DNA of 64,000 nucleotides from Macrostomum lignano (lineage: Eukaryota): contig NIVC01000374.1 in the NCBI GenBank assembly GCA_002269645.1, forward strand, positions 186,001 through 250,000. Reading direction: 5' to 3'. The translations under genes were made by a program, and so were the position numbers. Each line of letters begins with the position of its first letter. Positions within the stretch are counted from its first letter, which is position 1. Below are positions 37,083-50,600 of the stretch, piece by piece. The notes beneath the pieces were generated by a model. The model saw only the letters and a list, made by a program, of their open reading frames with translations, was not told the origin of the DNA and ran no database searches.

Positions 37083-37736
37083 GCTGACTGGCCGGAATGA
37101 CAGCCCACTGGCCAAGGCGACAGCAGCAGTTTGTGATTGAAGCAGCCTGCTGCCCGCTGGAGCATAATTGGCATAATAAGCATAATAATTCCTAGTAATT
37201 AGTAGAGCTGCCAAAACCTCTACTTGACATGACTGTGAATTACAAAAAAACAACAAAATCTTAATAGTGGCACGATTTGTTTAACTAGATATAGATAGAT
37301 TTCTATACAACTGTCTTATCTGCTATAATCATTTAAATAAACAATCTTAATTTAGTATGGAAAAAGTTTTAAAGTCCTATCTGACATACACTTGTACATG
37401 ATTTTCCATAATTTAGACTATAGCTATGCAATTTGATGACTAAATATATCTTATATATCACACAATTTAAAAAATAAACTTTTAAATTATGTTTTAAAAC
37501 TATGAATTCCCTTAGCAAGATTCTAAAAACAAATATATGTAAAAAGTAGATTTATATGAATGCATATAAATGTGTATATTATATAAATTGTCTACCTATA
37601 ATATTTTAATGATCACTAAATAATTGTTGCAAAACAGAATAAAACTTTTATGCACATATAGTAGAGGTTAGATAAGACCAATTTTTCATGATTTACATCT
37701 CGTAAGATTCCAAATTTTTGCTAGGATCCTAAAATA

Positions 37737-38699
37737 CGAGGGGTGTCCAAAAAGTAGTGATACTTTTAACTCTAGCTCTTATTCTATACCTTCCTGTGAT
37801 TTAAAATTTTATGAATTGATAGCAGCAAATCTCTTCTACAGACTGCTTTTTGAATTTTTAAAATTGATACCAGAGAACAAAAGTTATACCCACGAAAGTA
37901 GCAGTACCTGCACCACAGAGTTACACAAATTATAGGCTGAGCTTCACGAGATCCATGCCGAGGAAGCTTCGATGAATTGTTGATTTTGTCTTGTCCAACC
38001 TGTCAGCGATCTCTCTAATGGTCAAGAAGATCCAGAATGGAGTCCACTAGTACATCAGGTCGATGAATGTATGGCCGCCCCGTCCAATGCTGATCTGCCA
38101 AGTCAGTCCTTCCCTCACTAAACTGCTCCATCCATCGATAAACTGTCATTTTGCTGACCGCAGAGGATCCGTGCGCAGAGCAAAGTTTTGCGTGAATTGC
38201 TGAGGCACCATGGCCAGCGCCCCAAAGAGTGAAGATGGTACTTTGCTGAGCAACAACTGAGTGCACATTCATGTGTGTTGTCGAGTATGGGCAATGAAAT
38301 CATGAATGAATCGCAAAATGCAAGCTCCTCTGTTTGCTTTATTTAATGCTTTTTTTTCTGCGCCTGATCCCGTCCATAGATAAATTTCAGTCAGTCACAG
38401 TGAGCATCATTTTGCAATTGGGGTTTGGTATTGCTTAAACAAGACATTTATCGATGCCTTCTTAATGAATGAGTGCAGAAGTCGACTATTATAAATTTCG
38501 ATATAATTTGTGTAACTCTATGGTACTGGTGCTGTTACTTTCGTGGGTATAACTTTTGTTCTCTAGTATCAATTTTAAAAATTTAAAAAGCAGTCTGTAA
38601 AAGAGATTTTCCGCTATCAGTTCATAAAATTTTAAATCACAGGAAGGTATAGAATGAGAGCTACGGTTAAAAGTATCACTACTTTTTGGACACCCCTCG
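37737..38699 (-). mobile_element. Internally deleted mariner-like element, 963 bp, ~198-bp TIRs, TA TSD
   Basis: TA|CGAGGGGTGTCCAAAAAGTAGTG ... CACTACTTTTTGGACACCCCTCG|TA; TIRs at 37737-37934 and 38502-38699. The interior encodes a frameshifted transposase N-terminus (ASAIHAKL...VSKMTVYRWMEQFSEGRTDL...GRP; then TIREIADRL...STIHR) with no catalytic domain. Confidence 0.92.
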
Positions 38700-38881
38700 T
38701 ATTTTAGATTATAGGAGTGGTATTACAATTACAAAGATCAAAGATACAAATGCTTGCTAGGATCCAAAGATTTCAGAATTGAGATCTGATTCTATGGTGT
38801 TTATGCTACATGATATGCATTTTGACTATTTTCTATGTGCACACTCCCCTTGTCTAACTCACTGCATGTCTGTCTAGTTGC

Positions 38882-38883
<2 letters not shown>

Positions 38884-38970
<87 letters not shown>
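38884..38970. repeat. (CT)n microsatellite
   Basis: Direct observation. Confidence 0.95.
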
Positions 38971-39129
38971 TTTCTTGCTTCTCTCTAAATACAAAGCTTA
39001 GGGGCATACTTACCAACTAATTTACTAAATATATATGCCTCCCACTATGTGGCAACCTCTTTTTAGGATATCTCATTGCAAGCCAATCTTTGCCTTCCAA
39101 ATTACTACATATATAATGGCAACAATTTC

Positions 39130-39316
39130 TACATTAGGAGACATAATTATCTTTGTGAACATTGATATTGACATATATCTAGAGAGACTTCAACATTACT
39201 TCATCTGCAAAGAGATAAAGGATGAAGCTAAGATGACTAAGATGACAACAATTGGCAAGGAAGCTTATACAGTACTACACAAACTGTTTAATCCCAACAA
39301 GATTGGGAGTTACTAG
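39130..39316 (+). mobile_element. Degenerate Ty3/gypsy gag N-terminal fragment
   Basis: YLERLQHYFICKEIKD...TTIGKEAYTVLHKLFNP resembles the gypsy gag motif Y.ERL.QYF.AN.I....LLT.IG...Y.LL..L..P; no LTRs or pol seen. Confidence 0.5.
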
Positions 39317-41624
39317 AAAAATGCATTTTAGGAAAATGTAGTTATTTGAATTTTTCTGTCCAAATAGTATGTTAGAGAATGTTACGAGTTTCTACTTTTT
39401 ATAGAATTTTTTCGAATTTTTACTTTTGTGCCTTTTTTTTAAGTTTTTACTTTTTATTCTTTTTTTCTTCATGATCTTAGCTAGTAGGATTATCTTTTGC
39501 AAAATCCAATATCTCAAGCGCACTTTTGCATATATTAAGAATTAGCAATTTTGTCTGAAATTCTATGACACATTTTTTCCGGATTTTTTAATGCAAAATC
39601 ACATTTTTTCGCACAATTGTATAACGCGTTGTGATTTTTCTGCAAGAATTCCATCCAGGACAGCACAGGACTGTGGCTCATATACTAAATCATGGTAGGC
39701 ATATACCAAAATGAAATTTAGTTTTTTAAATCTATACTAACATAATTTTTAAAAAATTATGCCAAGCATAAAGTTGCTTATATAGCCTACCAAATTTTTT
39801 TAGAGAATCATTAACTGATAAGTGATAACTAGGGCCTATGGCTAATATAGTAGCCATGTTTGTTTTGGCACTTTTTCATGTGTAAAAATGATTAGTTACA
39901 TGATTTTCATATTTAATATTTAAACTATTCAATTCAATATTTCAATATCCAATTCTACATTGCTCTAAAACAATGGTTTAACAGGTAGCATAAGATGGCA
40001 TCTAGAGAATGAATACCCTATGCAATTCAAAGAGCTGCTCCAACTTGAAAGAAAGCACCAAGCTACGCTTATAAATGCTAGAAAAACTGATTCCAAAATA
40101 TTAAAAGGCAAAAATGCCTGCCTATTAAAGCAAACCAAGTTGCCAAGTTTTCTTAAGGCTAGGCCTCCAAGACTCAGAAGCCAGACTTTCACCCATAGGC
40201 CATAGGTCCAAAGACGAAAGAGCTTGACAAATTAATTATTGAATGGATTGCTCTTGACAGCTAGTCATGGGCTGCTGTTGAAGAAGCTGGGTTCTTGAGA
40301 CGAATGTTTGCTGTCTGCCCTGAATGCTGCATTAAAATAGAGAAGTTTTACTTACCTAATGCACACTTAAATCTTGATGCATACCGAATGCATGCAGCAT
40401 ACTGAACTAAGTTACCTCCAGCTCCATCTCCATGCACATTTGCCCATCTATATTGTTAAATATTATACATAATTATTACTACTTATGTATTTGTCTACTT
40501 GACCGAATGTCCACAAACTGAAAAGATCAGAAAAAAATACTTCTGTCAGTACCTCTTAAATGACAAGCAAGTACACAAGTTAGGATATGCTACAAATGAA
40601 AAAAGAGTCAGAAAAGAGCTCACTGGTGTAGCTAAAATATATGAAGTCATGAATAGCTAAAACAGTTATGCAAACTGAAACAGACATATCAGCAGTGTAA
40701 TAAATCCGCTTTTCTTTTCTTTTGTTTATTCATTTACTGTCTTTTTAATTTCCTATTTAATTAGCATAATTTAATTAATATTTAATTAGTTTCCTATCTA
40801 ATACCTATTTAAATCGTCGCTATTCGTTTAACGTAAATTTCTTTCGAAGTTCGTTTTTGTTCATTTTTTGTTCGTTTTTCACGCTTTGAAATATTGCGCG
40901 CTTGCAAAATACTATATCTTTTTACAAAAAACGCTCTTTCAAATACCTTAATAATTTTACAAATATCGTAACTCACATCGTAACTCGTGTAAAAATTTAA
41001 CCTTTTGAACAAATTTAACCTTTTGAACTTAATCGTAATTAAACAACTAATGCTAAAATAACTTAAATACACAGAAATATACTGGCCAAACAGGCTTCTT
41101 GCCTGAGCCAACTTACTACTACTACTACTACAGCAAGCTGATTTTGTGAGTGACCATATACTATTTTTTCGATACAATCTTTGTTTCTTTAGGTTTTTTC
41201 GTAACGTGAAACCTTAATAAGCTTATATACAATAGGCAGCAGATAACTTCGCGGTCCAAAGAATTATTTCATATAAACGTCCAAACTGAATTAGCGCTTT
41301 TTTGACAAAATACTTACTATCACAGATGAAATAATCACCTGTTTTCTTAAAGATCAATGCTGATAAATAATAAATCACAAGGATATGTGCAGAATTTGTA
41401 TTTTATTTTTTGTTTTAAATGGTAAGCTCTTGTACACAACAATAAACAAAATTCTGTAAAATTCAACTTTTACTCATTGAGAAATTTTGCTTATCCTTGC
41501 AATTTAGCGTCAAATCGAGACGTCGTCTAGTCGAGGAGATTTTTTAATAAAAAGTTGCACTCAAAAAATTGTAGTGGTAATTATTACTCTCTTTCAGCAT
41601 ATGCGTTTAACCATACTATAAATT

Positions 41625-44600
41625 ATGGCTGAGTTCAAAGGACTTTCTGTTTCGTTTGCCGTTAAACAGAAACAAGATGTTCAGAAGCAGCTTTTTTGGC
41701 CCAATTTAAAGGTAGGTAAGACTATGCTTCCACAGACAGTATAGCTGCTTTAACTAATGAACAATATCCAGTCCTTGCCTGCTTTTGCGTCGAAATTTCC
41801 ATTAAAAAGCCATCCTGACTAAGGTGAATTATTTAATAATTCAGTAACATTGTCATAGTAAGTTATAGACAAAAATTGATAGCTATCCGCACTGCAGTAT
41901 CGTTTGTTAAACTCACTGTATGCACATTTTTTAGCTAGGCCTATTGACATTAACTTTCCAAAAATGAATATTTTTATTGGGCCTATGCCAACATTTTAGA
42001 AGTGTATTGGCATTACAATTTTAACCATTAATGACAGAACAACACAATTAAAAATTTACAACAAAATAACAGAGTAGCAACTGGAGGCTAAATTTGTTTG
42101 TTTATTGTCAGTTCTGTGTCTCTAATCCAATAATGGTTAAGTAACATGCTTGGGCGCAACCTTGGGATTCACCCGGCCGTTTCTATTGGCAACACACGCA
42201 TGTAAGTTGCTATTGGCTGAGAACAGTCATGTGACTACTGTTCTGTCCAATAGCGACTTACATGCGTGTGTTGCCAATAGAAATGGCCAAGTGAATCCCA
42301 AAGTTGCGCATGTATGTTAAGTAAAGTCAGAGTTGTTAATAGTCTAATAAATAGTCTAGGTAAAAGCTACAGAGTTCATAACTAATTTTGGGCATAGATA
42401 CATTTTTTGCCAGTGCATAAATTCAAAATTGCATAATTGTTGATAGGCCTAGTCATTAAAATTAAGTTTCATGTCAAAACGTATATGTCCAATACCCATC
42501 TAACCTGTCCAAATTGAAATAATGGCCAACAGTTAGTTGCAAAATTGAAAATGCAAAAAATGAAAAATTGGAAAAAGAAAGAAAAGCAAAGAAAAAAGAG
42601 AGAAGAAAAAAGAGAGAAAAAGGAGAGAAAAGAGAAAAAGGCAAGAAAAGTCATATACAATGTGAAAATTAAGTTGCAATTGGGGGAACTAAGTTGTAAT
42701 CGAGAGGAACTTAGTCACAAATCTGGACAAAACTAAGTTGCACCAGTCAGGTTAAATTTTGAGATTAGGCAAATGTGTCAAAAGCTAAAAATATGTCACT
42801 GACACTGTAAGTATGCCGGCTATGCATATAATGAGTTTAACAAACAATTCTGTAAGATAGCCAAAGTGACATTTGGTTTCATCTTAGCTAGCTCAGTTGA
42901 TTTTGATAATTCAATTTTGTAAAAAAATACAAAACACTCAGTGCATTAAAAAAGTCATTTATAAAAAGGCAGTTGTTATTGTTACAGTAGGACTAACTAG
43001 GGCCTATACAAATATTAATAACAAAACTTTTATTTTTATAGTCACTGTATATATAAAAAGCTAAATAGCTATTTTTATAATCATAGAGAATAATTTTTTT
43101 CAATAGCAATGACTATTCATCTGGTATCGGATGAATAATATAACTATTATTTGTCTGGTACCAGATAAATAACAGTGATAAGTAGCAGCTGAGCTACATG
43201 AATTTATATATGCCACTCTGTGCATCCTATATACTAAAAATGAGTTGTTTGTTTGTACGCAATCGATTAGAGAAAAAATGGCTGGACTGATTTTCTTCGA
43301 ACTTGCACTGTTCGATCAGAAATTTTCCTGGGACGGTACATGCATCTTGGCTAAGAAATTGCTCCATGTTAAAGCGATTAAATATTCGAAAAACATGCTT
43401 TTTTGCAAAGGTCAAGCAAACTTTTCGACTTGAAATGCATTGTAAGAATGCTAGAGAAAAAACTGACTGGTTGAATTCTGATTCTGAAATAGATTACATC
43501 ATAACTGAATTGTAACTCCGACTTGAATTGCGTCACAGTATTGAAAATGCAGTGTGGAAGCGTAGCACTGCAGACTTGATTTAGATTGCGCAACAATATT
43601 GTTAACTGATACTGACTGACTGAGAAATTGATTATGTAATAACTGCCTCGTGTGATTTACTCTATGCTTGGAGTTTTGAAACTTATAATTATAAGTGCTG
43701 AATTCATGTTATCAAAATGATGAGAGCTAGCCTAGAGGTAAACAGACTGAACTGCTAAATGCAGAAACGATGGTTCAAATTTTTAGAGAGTAGAGTTTTT
43801 TTAATTAAAGCTTTTTAACGCCAAAAAAACTAAAAAAATCATAAAAGCGTCATGTAAAAAATCATAGAAGCGTCATGTAAAAAATCGTGGAAGTGTCATG
43901 TAAAAAATCGTGGAAGCATCATGTAAAAAGCATAGAAGCGTCATGTAAAAAATCATAGAAGCGTCATGTAAACAATCATAGAAGCATCATGTAAACAATC
44001 ATAGAAGCGTCATGTAAACAATCATAGAAGCGTCATATAAAAAATCGTAGAAGCGTCATGAAAAAATCATTAAAGCGTCATGTAAAAATCATAGAAGAGT
44101 CATGTAAAAAATCATAGAAGCATCGTGTAAACAATCATAGAAGCGTCATGTAAAAAATCGTAAGAGCGTAATATAAAAATCATAGAAGCGTCATTTAAAA
44201 AATCATAGAGGCGTCATATAAAAATCAAAAAAACGTCATTTAAAAAATCATAGAAGCGTCATGTAAGCAATCATAGAAGCGTCATGTAAACAATCATAGA
44301 AGCGTCATGTAAAAAATCATAGAAGCGTCATGTAAACAATCATGGAAGCGTCATGTAAACAATCATAGAAGCGTAATGTAAAAATCATAGTAGCGTCATG
44401 TAAAAAATCATAGAAGCGTCATGTAAAAAGCATAGAAGCGTCATGTAAACAATCATAGAAGCGTCATGTAAACAATCATAGAAGCGTCATGTAAAAATCA
44501 TAGAGGTGTCATGTAAAAATCATTGAAGCGTCCTGTAGAAATCGTAGAAGCGTCATGAAATAATCATAGAAGCGTCATGTAAAAAATCAAAGAAGCGTCA

Positions 44601-47600
44601 TGTAAAAAATCATAGAAGCGTCATGTAAAAAATCATAGAAGCATCGTGTAAACAATCATAGAAGCGTCATGTAAAAAATCATAGAAGCGTCATGTAAAAA
44701 ATCATAGAAGCGTCATATAAACAATCATAGAAGCGTCATGTAAACAATCATAGAAGCGTCATGTAAAAATTCATAGAAGCGTCATGTAAACAATCATGGA
44801 AGCGTCATGTAAACAATCATAGAAGAGTCATGTAAAAAATCATAGAAGCGTCATGTAAAAAGCATAGAAGCGTCATCTAAAACATCATAAAAGCGTCATG
44901 TAAAAAATCGTAGAAGCTTCATTTAAAAAATCATAGAAGCATCATATAAACAATCATAGAAGCGTCATGTAAACAATCATAGAAGCGCCATGTAAACAAT
45001 CATAGAAGCGTCATGTAAACAATCATAGAAGCGTCATATAAAAATCATAGAAGCGTCACTTAAAAAATCATAGAAGCGTCATGTAAACAATCATAGAAGC
45101 GTCATGTAAACAATCATAGAAGCGTCATGTAAAAAATCATAGAAGCGTCATGTAAACAATCATGAAAGCGTCATGTAAAAAATTATAGAAGCGTCATGCA
45201 AACAATCATAGAAGCGTCATGTAAACAATCATAGAAGCTTCATGTAAAAAATCATAGAAGCGTCATGTAAAAAATCATAGAAGCGTCATCTAAAACATCA
45301 TAAAAGTGTCATGTAAAAAATCGTAGAAGCGTCATTTAAAAAATCATAGAAGCGTCATATAAACAATCATAGAAGCGTCATGTAAACAATCATAGAAGCG
45401 CCATGTAAACAATCATAGAAGCGTCATGTAAACAATCATAGAAGCGTCATATAAAAATCATAGAAGCGTCATTTAAAAAATCATAGAAGCGTCATGTAAA
45501 CAATCATAGAAGCGTCATGTAAACAATCATAGAAGCGTCATGTAAAAAATCATAGAAGCGTCATGTAAACAATCATAGAAGCTTCATGTAAAAAATCATA
45601 GAAGCGTCATGTAAAAAATCATAGAAGCGTCATCTAAAACATCATAAAAGTGTCATGTAAAAAATCGTAGAAGCGTCATTTAAAAAATCATAGAAGCGTC
45701 ATATAAACAATCATAGAAGCGTCATGTAAACAATCATAGAAGCGCCATGTAAACAATCATAGAAGCGTCATGTAAACAATCATAGAAGCGTCATATAAAA
45801 ATCATAGAAGCGTCATTTAAAAAATCATAGAAGCGTCATGTAAACAATCATAGAAGCGTCATGTAAACAATCATAGAAGCGTCATGTAAAAAATCATAGA
45901 AGCGTCATGTAAACAATCATGGAAGCGTCATGTAAAAAATTATAGAAGCGTCATGCAAACAATCATAGAAGCGTCATGTAAACAATCATAGAAGCTTCAT
46001 GTAAAAAATCATAGAAGCGTCATGTAAAAAATCATAGAAGCGTCATCTAAAACATCATAAAAGTGTCATGTAAAAAATCGTAGAAGCGTCATTTAAAAAA
46101 TCATAGAAGCGTCATATAAACAATCATAGAAGCATCATGTAAACAATCATAGAAGCGCCATGTAAACAATCATAGAAGCGTCATGTAAACAATCATAGAA
46201 GCGTCATATAAAAATCATAGAAGCGTCATTTAAAAAATCATAGAAGCGTCATGTAAACAATCATAGAAGCGTCATGTAAACAATCATAGAAGCGTCATGT
46301 AAAAAATCATAGAAGCGTCATGTAAACAATCATGGAAGCGTCATGTAAAAATCATAGAAGAGTCATGTAAAAAATCATAGAAGAGTCATGTAAACAATCA
46401 TAGAAGCGTCATGTAAAAAATCGTAAGAGCGTAATATAAAAATCATAGAAGCGTCATTTAAAAAATCATAGAGGCGTCATATAAAAATCAAAAAACGTCA
46501 TTTAAAAAATCATAGAAGCGTCATGTAAACAATCATAGAAGCGTCATGTAAACAATCATAGAAGCGTCATGTAAAAAATCATAGAAGCGTCATGTAAACA
46601 ATCATAGAAGTGTCATGTAAAAAATCATAGAAGCGTCATGTAAATATCATAGAAGCGTCATGTAAAAATCATAGAAGCGTCATGTAAAAAATCATAGAAG
46701 CGTCATGTAAAAAATCATAGAAGCATCGTGTAAACAATCATAGAAGCGTCATGTAAAAAATCATAGAAGCGTCATGTAAAAAATCATAGAAGCGTCATCT
46801 AAAACATCATAAAAGCGTCATGTAAAAAATCGTAGAAGCGTCATTTAAAAAATCATAGAAGCGTCATATAAACAATCATAGAAGCGCCATGTAAACAATC
46901 ATAGAAGCGCCATATAAAAATCATAGAAGCATCGTGTAAACAATCATAGAAGCGTCATGTAAAAAATTGTAAGAGCGTAATATAAAAATCATAGAAGCGT
47001 CATTTAAAAAATCATAGAAGCGTCATGTAAACAATCATAGAAGCGTCATGTAAACAATCATAGAAGCGTCATGTTAAAAATCATAGAAGCGTCATGTAAA
47101 AAATCATAGAAGCGTCATGTAAACAATCATAGAAGCGTCATTTTAAAAATCATAGAAGTGTCATGTTAAAAATCATATAAGCGTCATGTAAACAATCATC
47201 AAAGCGTCATCTAAAAATCATAGAAGCGTCATGTAAAAAATCATAGAATCGTCATGAAAAAATCATAGAAGCGTCATTTAAAAACTAATGAAAGTGTCAT
47301 TTAAAAAATTAAGAAGCATCATAGTAGAATAAAAGAAGCGTCATATCAGACATGAAAGGTGTCATGGAAAAATTAAATGCAGCTATAATGCTGTGCTGGG
47401 GAGAAAAACTGAGACGTCAAGGCTCTCAGAGAATAACTGAGATTATGGGGGGGGGGTTTCTGAGATGTCAAAGCAAAAGTCAGAAGCTAATTCAAAGTTC
47501 ATGTACTTTACTCAATTTTTTTTATTGCATTCTTTGTTGGCTCGCCACGGGAGGCGCTGATATAAGAAGAGTCATGTAAAAAATAAAAGTAGCACTATGT

Positions 47601-50600
47601 ATACATAAAAGAAAAGTCATGTCGAAGTTAAAAGATTCATTTGGGAATTGCTACGATGTCAAAGCTAGGTGGAAATCGTTATAGTGCTGTGATTCTTAAA
47701 GAAGGAATCACTAAAATGTCAAGGCTTAGGGGAGAAGAATTGCTGAGATTTCAAGGCTTTAGGTTGGGTTAAAGTTAGGTTTAGGTCAGGTGTGGGTTGA
47801 GGGTTATATTTTATCAAGTTTCAAGGTTAGCAGGGGATTTTTCAGATTTCAAGGTTTATGGGCGCCATCGCTGACATGTTAAGGCTTACGGGGGGAATAG
47901 CTGAGATGTCAAGGCTCACGGGGGTATAAATGAGATTTCAAGGCTAAAGTCAGAAGCCACATGTAGTTTATTGAAAACTTTTTATTACATTATTTGATGC
48001 CTCCTCAGGGGAGGGATCGCTGATTAAAAAAGCGTAATGTAAAAAATAAAAGAAGCTTCATGTCGAAGTTAAGATATTCATTTGGGAATCCCTACGATGT
48101 CGAGGCTTGCAGGGAATCGCTATAATGCTGTAGTAGTGCTATAATGACTCTTAAAGAGAATTACTGAAATTTCAATGCTTTAGGGTTAGGTTAGGGTTAG
48201 GGTTAGAAGGTTGACAGATATTTTTAGATTTCCAAGGCTTATTGGGGGCATGGCTGAGATGTCAAGGGGGGAAGTTGATATGTTAAAGCTTGTGGGGGGG
48301 AATTACTGACATGTCAAGGCTTACAAGGTTTGATAGGAGATTTTTTAAGATTTCAAGGATACATGTAGCTTATTAAAAAAACGTGTATTGCATTTCTTTG
48401 GCTCCCCAACGGGGGGCGTAGATTGCTAGTCTTTTCTAACAAAGTATATTAGTATGATGTTAGTGTCTTCCTAATGATCAGTCAGTACTGAGTTCGAATC
48501 TGTAGTGATTACTCCATACTTTTTATTGTAACAACTCCAAGTGTTATTGTAATAACTCCAAGTATTTACTTTGGCATTTGTGTTATATAGCAGCAAATGT
48601 CATTATTAATTTTGATTGTGCTATGACTACTATTTACTATGAAACCAAAACATATCAATATGTATAGAACAAAATATAATAAAGGAAAAAATTATACAAA
48701 ACTTTTGGTATTTCGCCTATGCCCAAGTATTTTTTTGCTTTAAGTTCTAGAATTTCTAAGACATAGCACTTATCTAATCATACAAATATTTTTGGTTCTA
48801 GCCTAAAAGTGAACTATATACTACTTCTTTGAGTATTCCTTGTATTTTACAAGTTTTTATTATATATCCATATCCGTACTGTGCCAGACAAATAACTTCA
48901 CTATTATTTATCTGGTACCAAATGAATAATAGTGAAGTTATTCATCCAATACCAGATGAATAGTCACTGCCTTTTTAAATACATTATTAATTAACATTAA
49001 CAATTACATAAGTAAGATTAAACTTAAAGCTAGATAAAATTGCTTATAAGAATCCTTATACCATAGTCTGGATCATGTTGGGTGCAAGAGAAAAAATGCA
49101 AAAAACTACTAACAGTGGTGATGCTAATCTTAATTTGGTAATCTCTTTTGCTATTACTTAGAATTTGATTACAAATAATGTCAACAAATATTGTATTTAA
49201 ATTAATTTTTTTTCAAAAACAAAAACATTGATTGAGAAAGTCCTAAATATATGAACTTGGAAATTAATAAACATTTTGAATGTCTTCAAATAATAGCACA
49301 ATAAGTGTACAAAATGCTAATGCCAAACTAAAAACTTATTCTTGTGTTGAAAATTCTTGTATCTTTAACCTGCCCCTGCATTGTTCTGACTTTGTGCCTC
49401 TGACATAAGTCCTAAATTCCAAATATAGTACATCACAGTTCTGTTGAATTCCATCATTTTAGATCAACCATCAGATAATTTAATTAATTACAAGTTTGAT
49501 AAATTGGCATCAATTTCAAAAAACAGGGTGTCAAGTTGTTATTGCAGGGCCAAATCCAGGAATACAGAAATGAAAGTCAGGATACCATGTCATCTGTAAA
49601 TCACAAAAACCTAACTGATAGCAATATATAATTTATTAGAAAATTTTTTTTATGATTTTGTTTCATTTCTTGAACCTCTTAGTTATGAAATTTCAAAGTA
49701 GCTATACCTTGTGGATAGCTATAACTGCCTTAGTTTATCATATAAAAAGCTGATACTTAGCTTAAACTTGAGTTTTTTTCCTTTTTGTTTAATATCTTAA
49801 AACCTTTAGAAAGTTTAGTAAATAGCAATGCCAAAATGCCTAAATAAAAGGCCTAAGTAGGATTTAGAATTAGAATTAATTTATTGCACATATCAAGGAG
49901 CTTTTTGTTTTACTATAATTATAGCTATGGCAGTTAAAAATACAAATTCTTAATGATTAGGAAGAAGTCATCAGTGTGCCTGACTACTAAATCTATGATG
50001 CAAAAAGTCATTGAAGCATTAATCAGCATTGAAATTTCAACTTCAAATTATAATCTATATTATTATCACTACACTGCATGCACATATACTGATATTATGT
50101 CATATACATAAGTTGCAATTGCAAAAAGTGAATGGAATTAGACTTTACAAATAAATATAACTCTGCTTATTGACAGATACTTCCAAATTTTACAGTTGTT
50201 TCCCTAATTATATTTTATTACCTGTAGAATGGCCCATTCAACAAGCTTGAAGATCCAGTCTGCTGTGTCAAGTACTGCCAATCTGTGCCAAATTTCGCCG
50301 TTGCCAGTGGATTTCAGGTGTGTAATGTGTGACAATTGATATGCACTCATAGAAGAGTTGACATCCTAATAGTTATAAAATTATTGATACAGCACCTGGT
50401 TTGTTTTTTATATGGGTTTTAAATTAAATGGCATTCAGTTTAGAAAAAAGCTGCATAACAAAATGAAAGTTGATGTGTCATTACACATGGTATGCTATGG
50501 CAAAAAACCCATAGTAGTAGCAGTAGTGGAAGCAGCTCTAGTAGTAGTATAAGCAGTAGTAGTAGTATAAGCAGTAGTAGTATACGGTAGTATACGCAGT

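Noticed and set aside
39965-40330. Short ORFs and an acceptor-like site between the gypsy relic and UTP15
   Set aside because: Could not be linked into a gene model and show no recognisable motif
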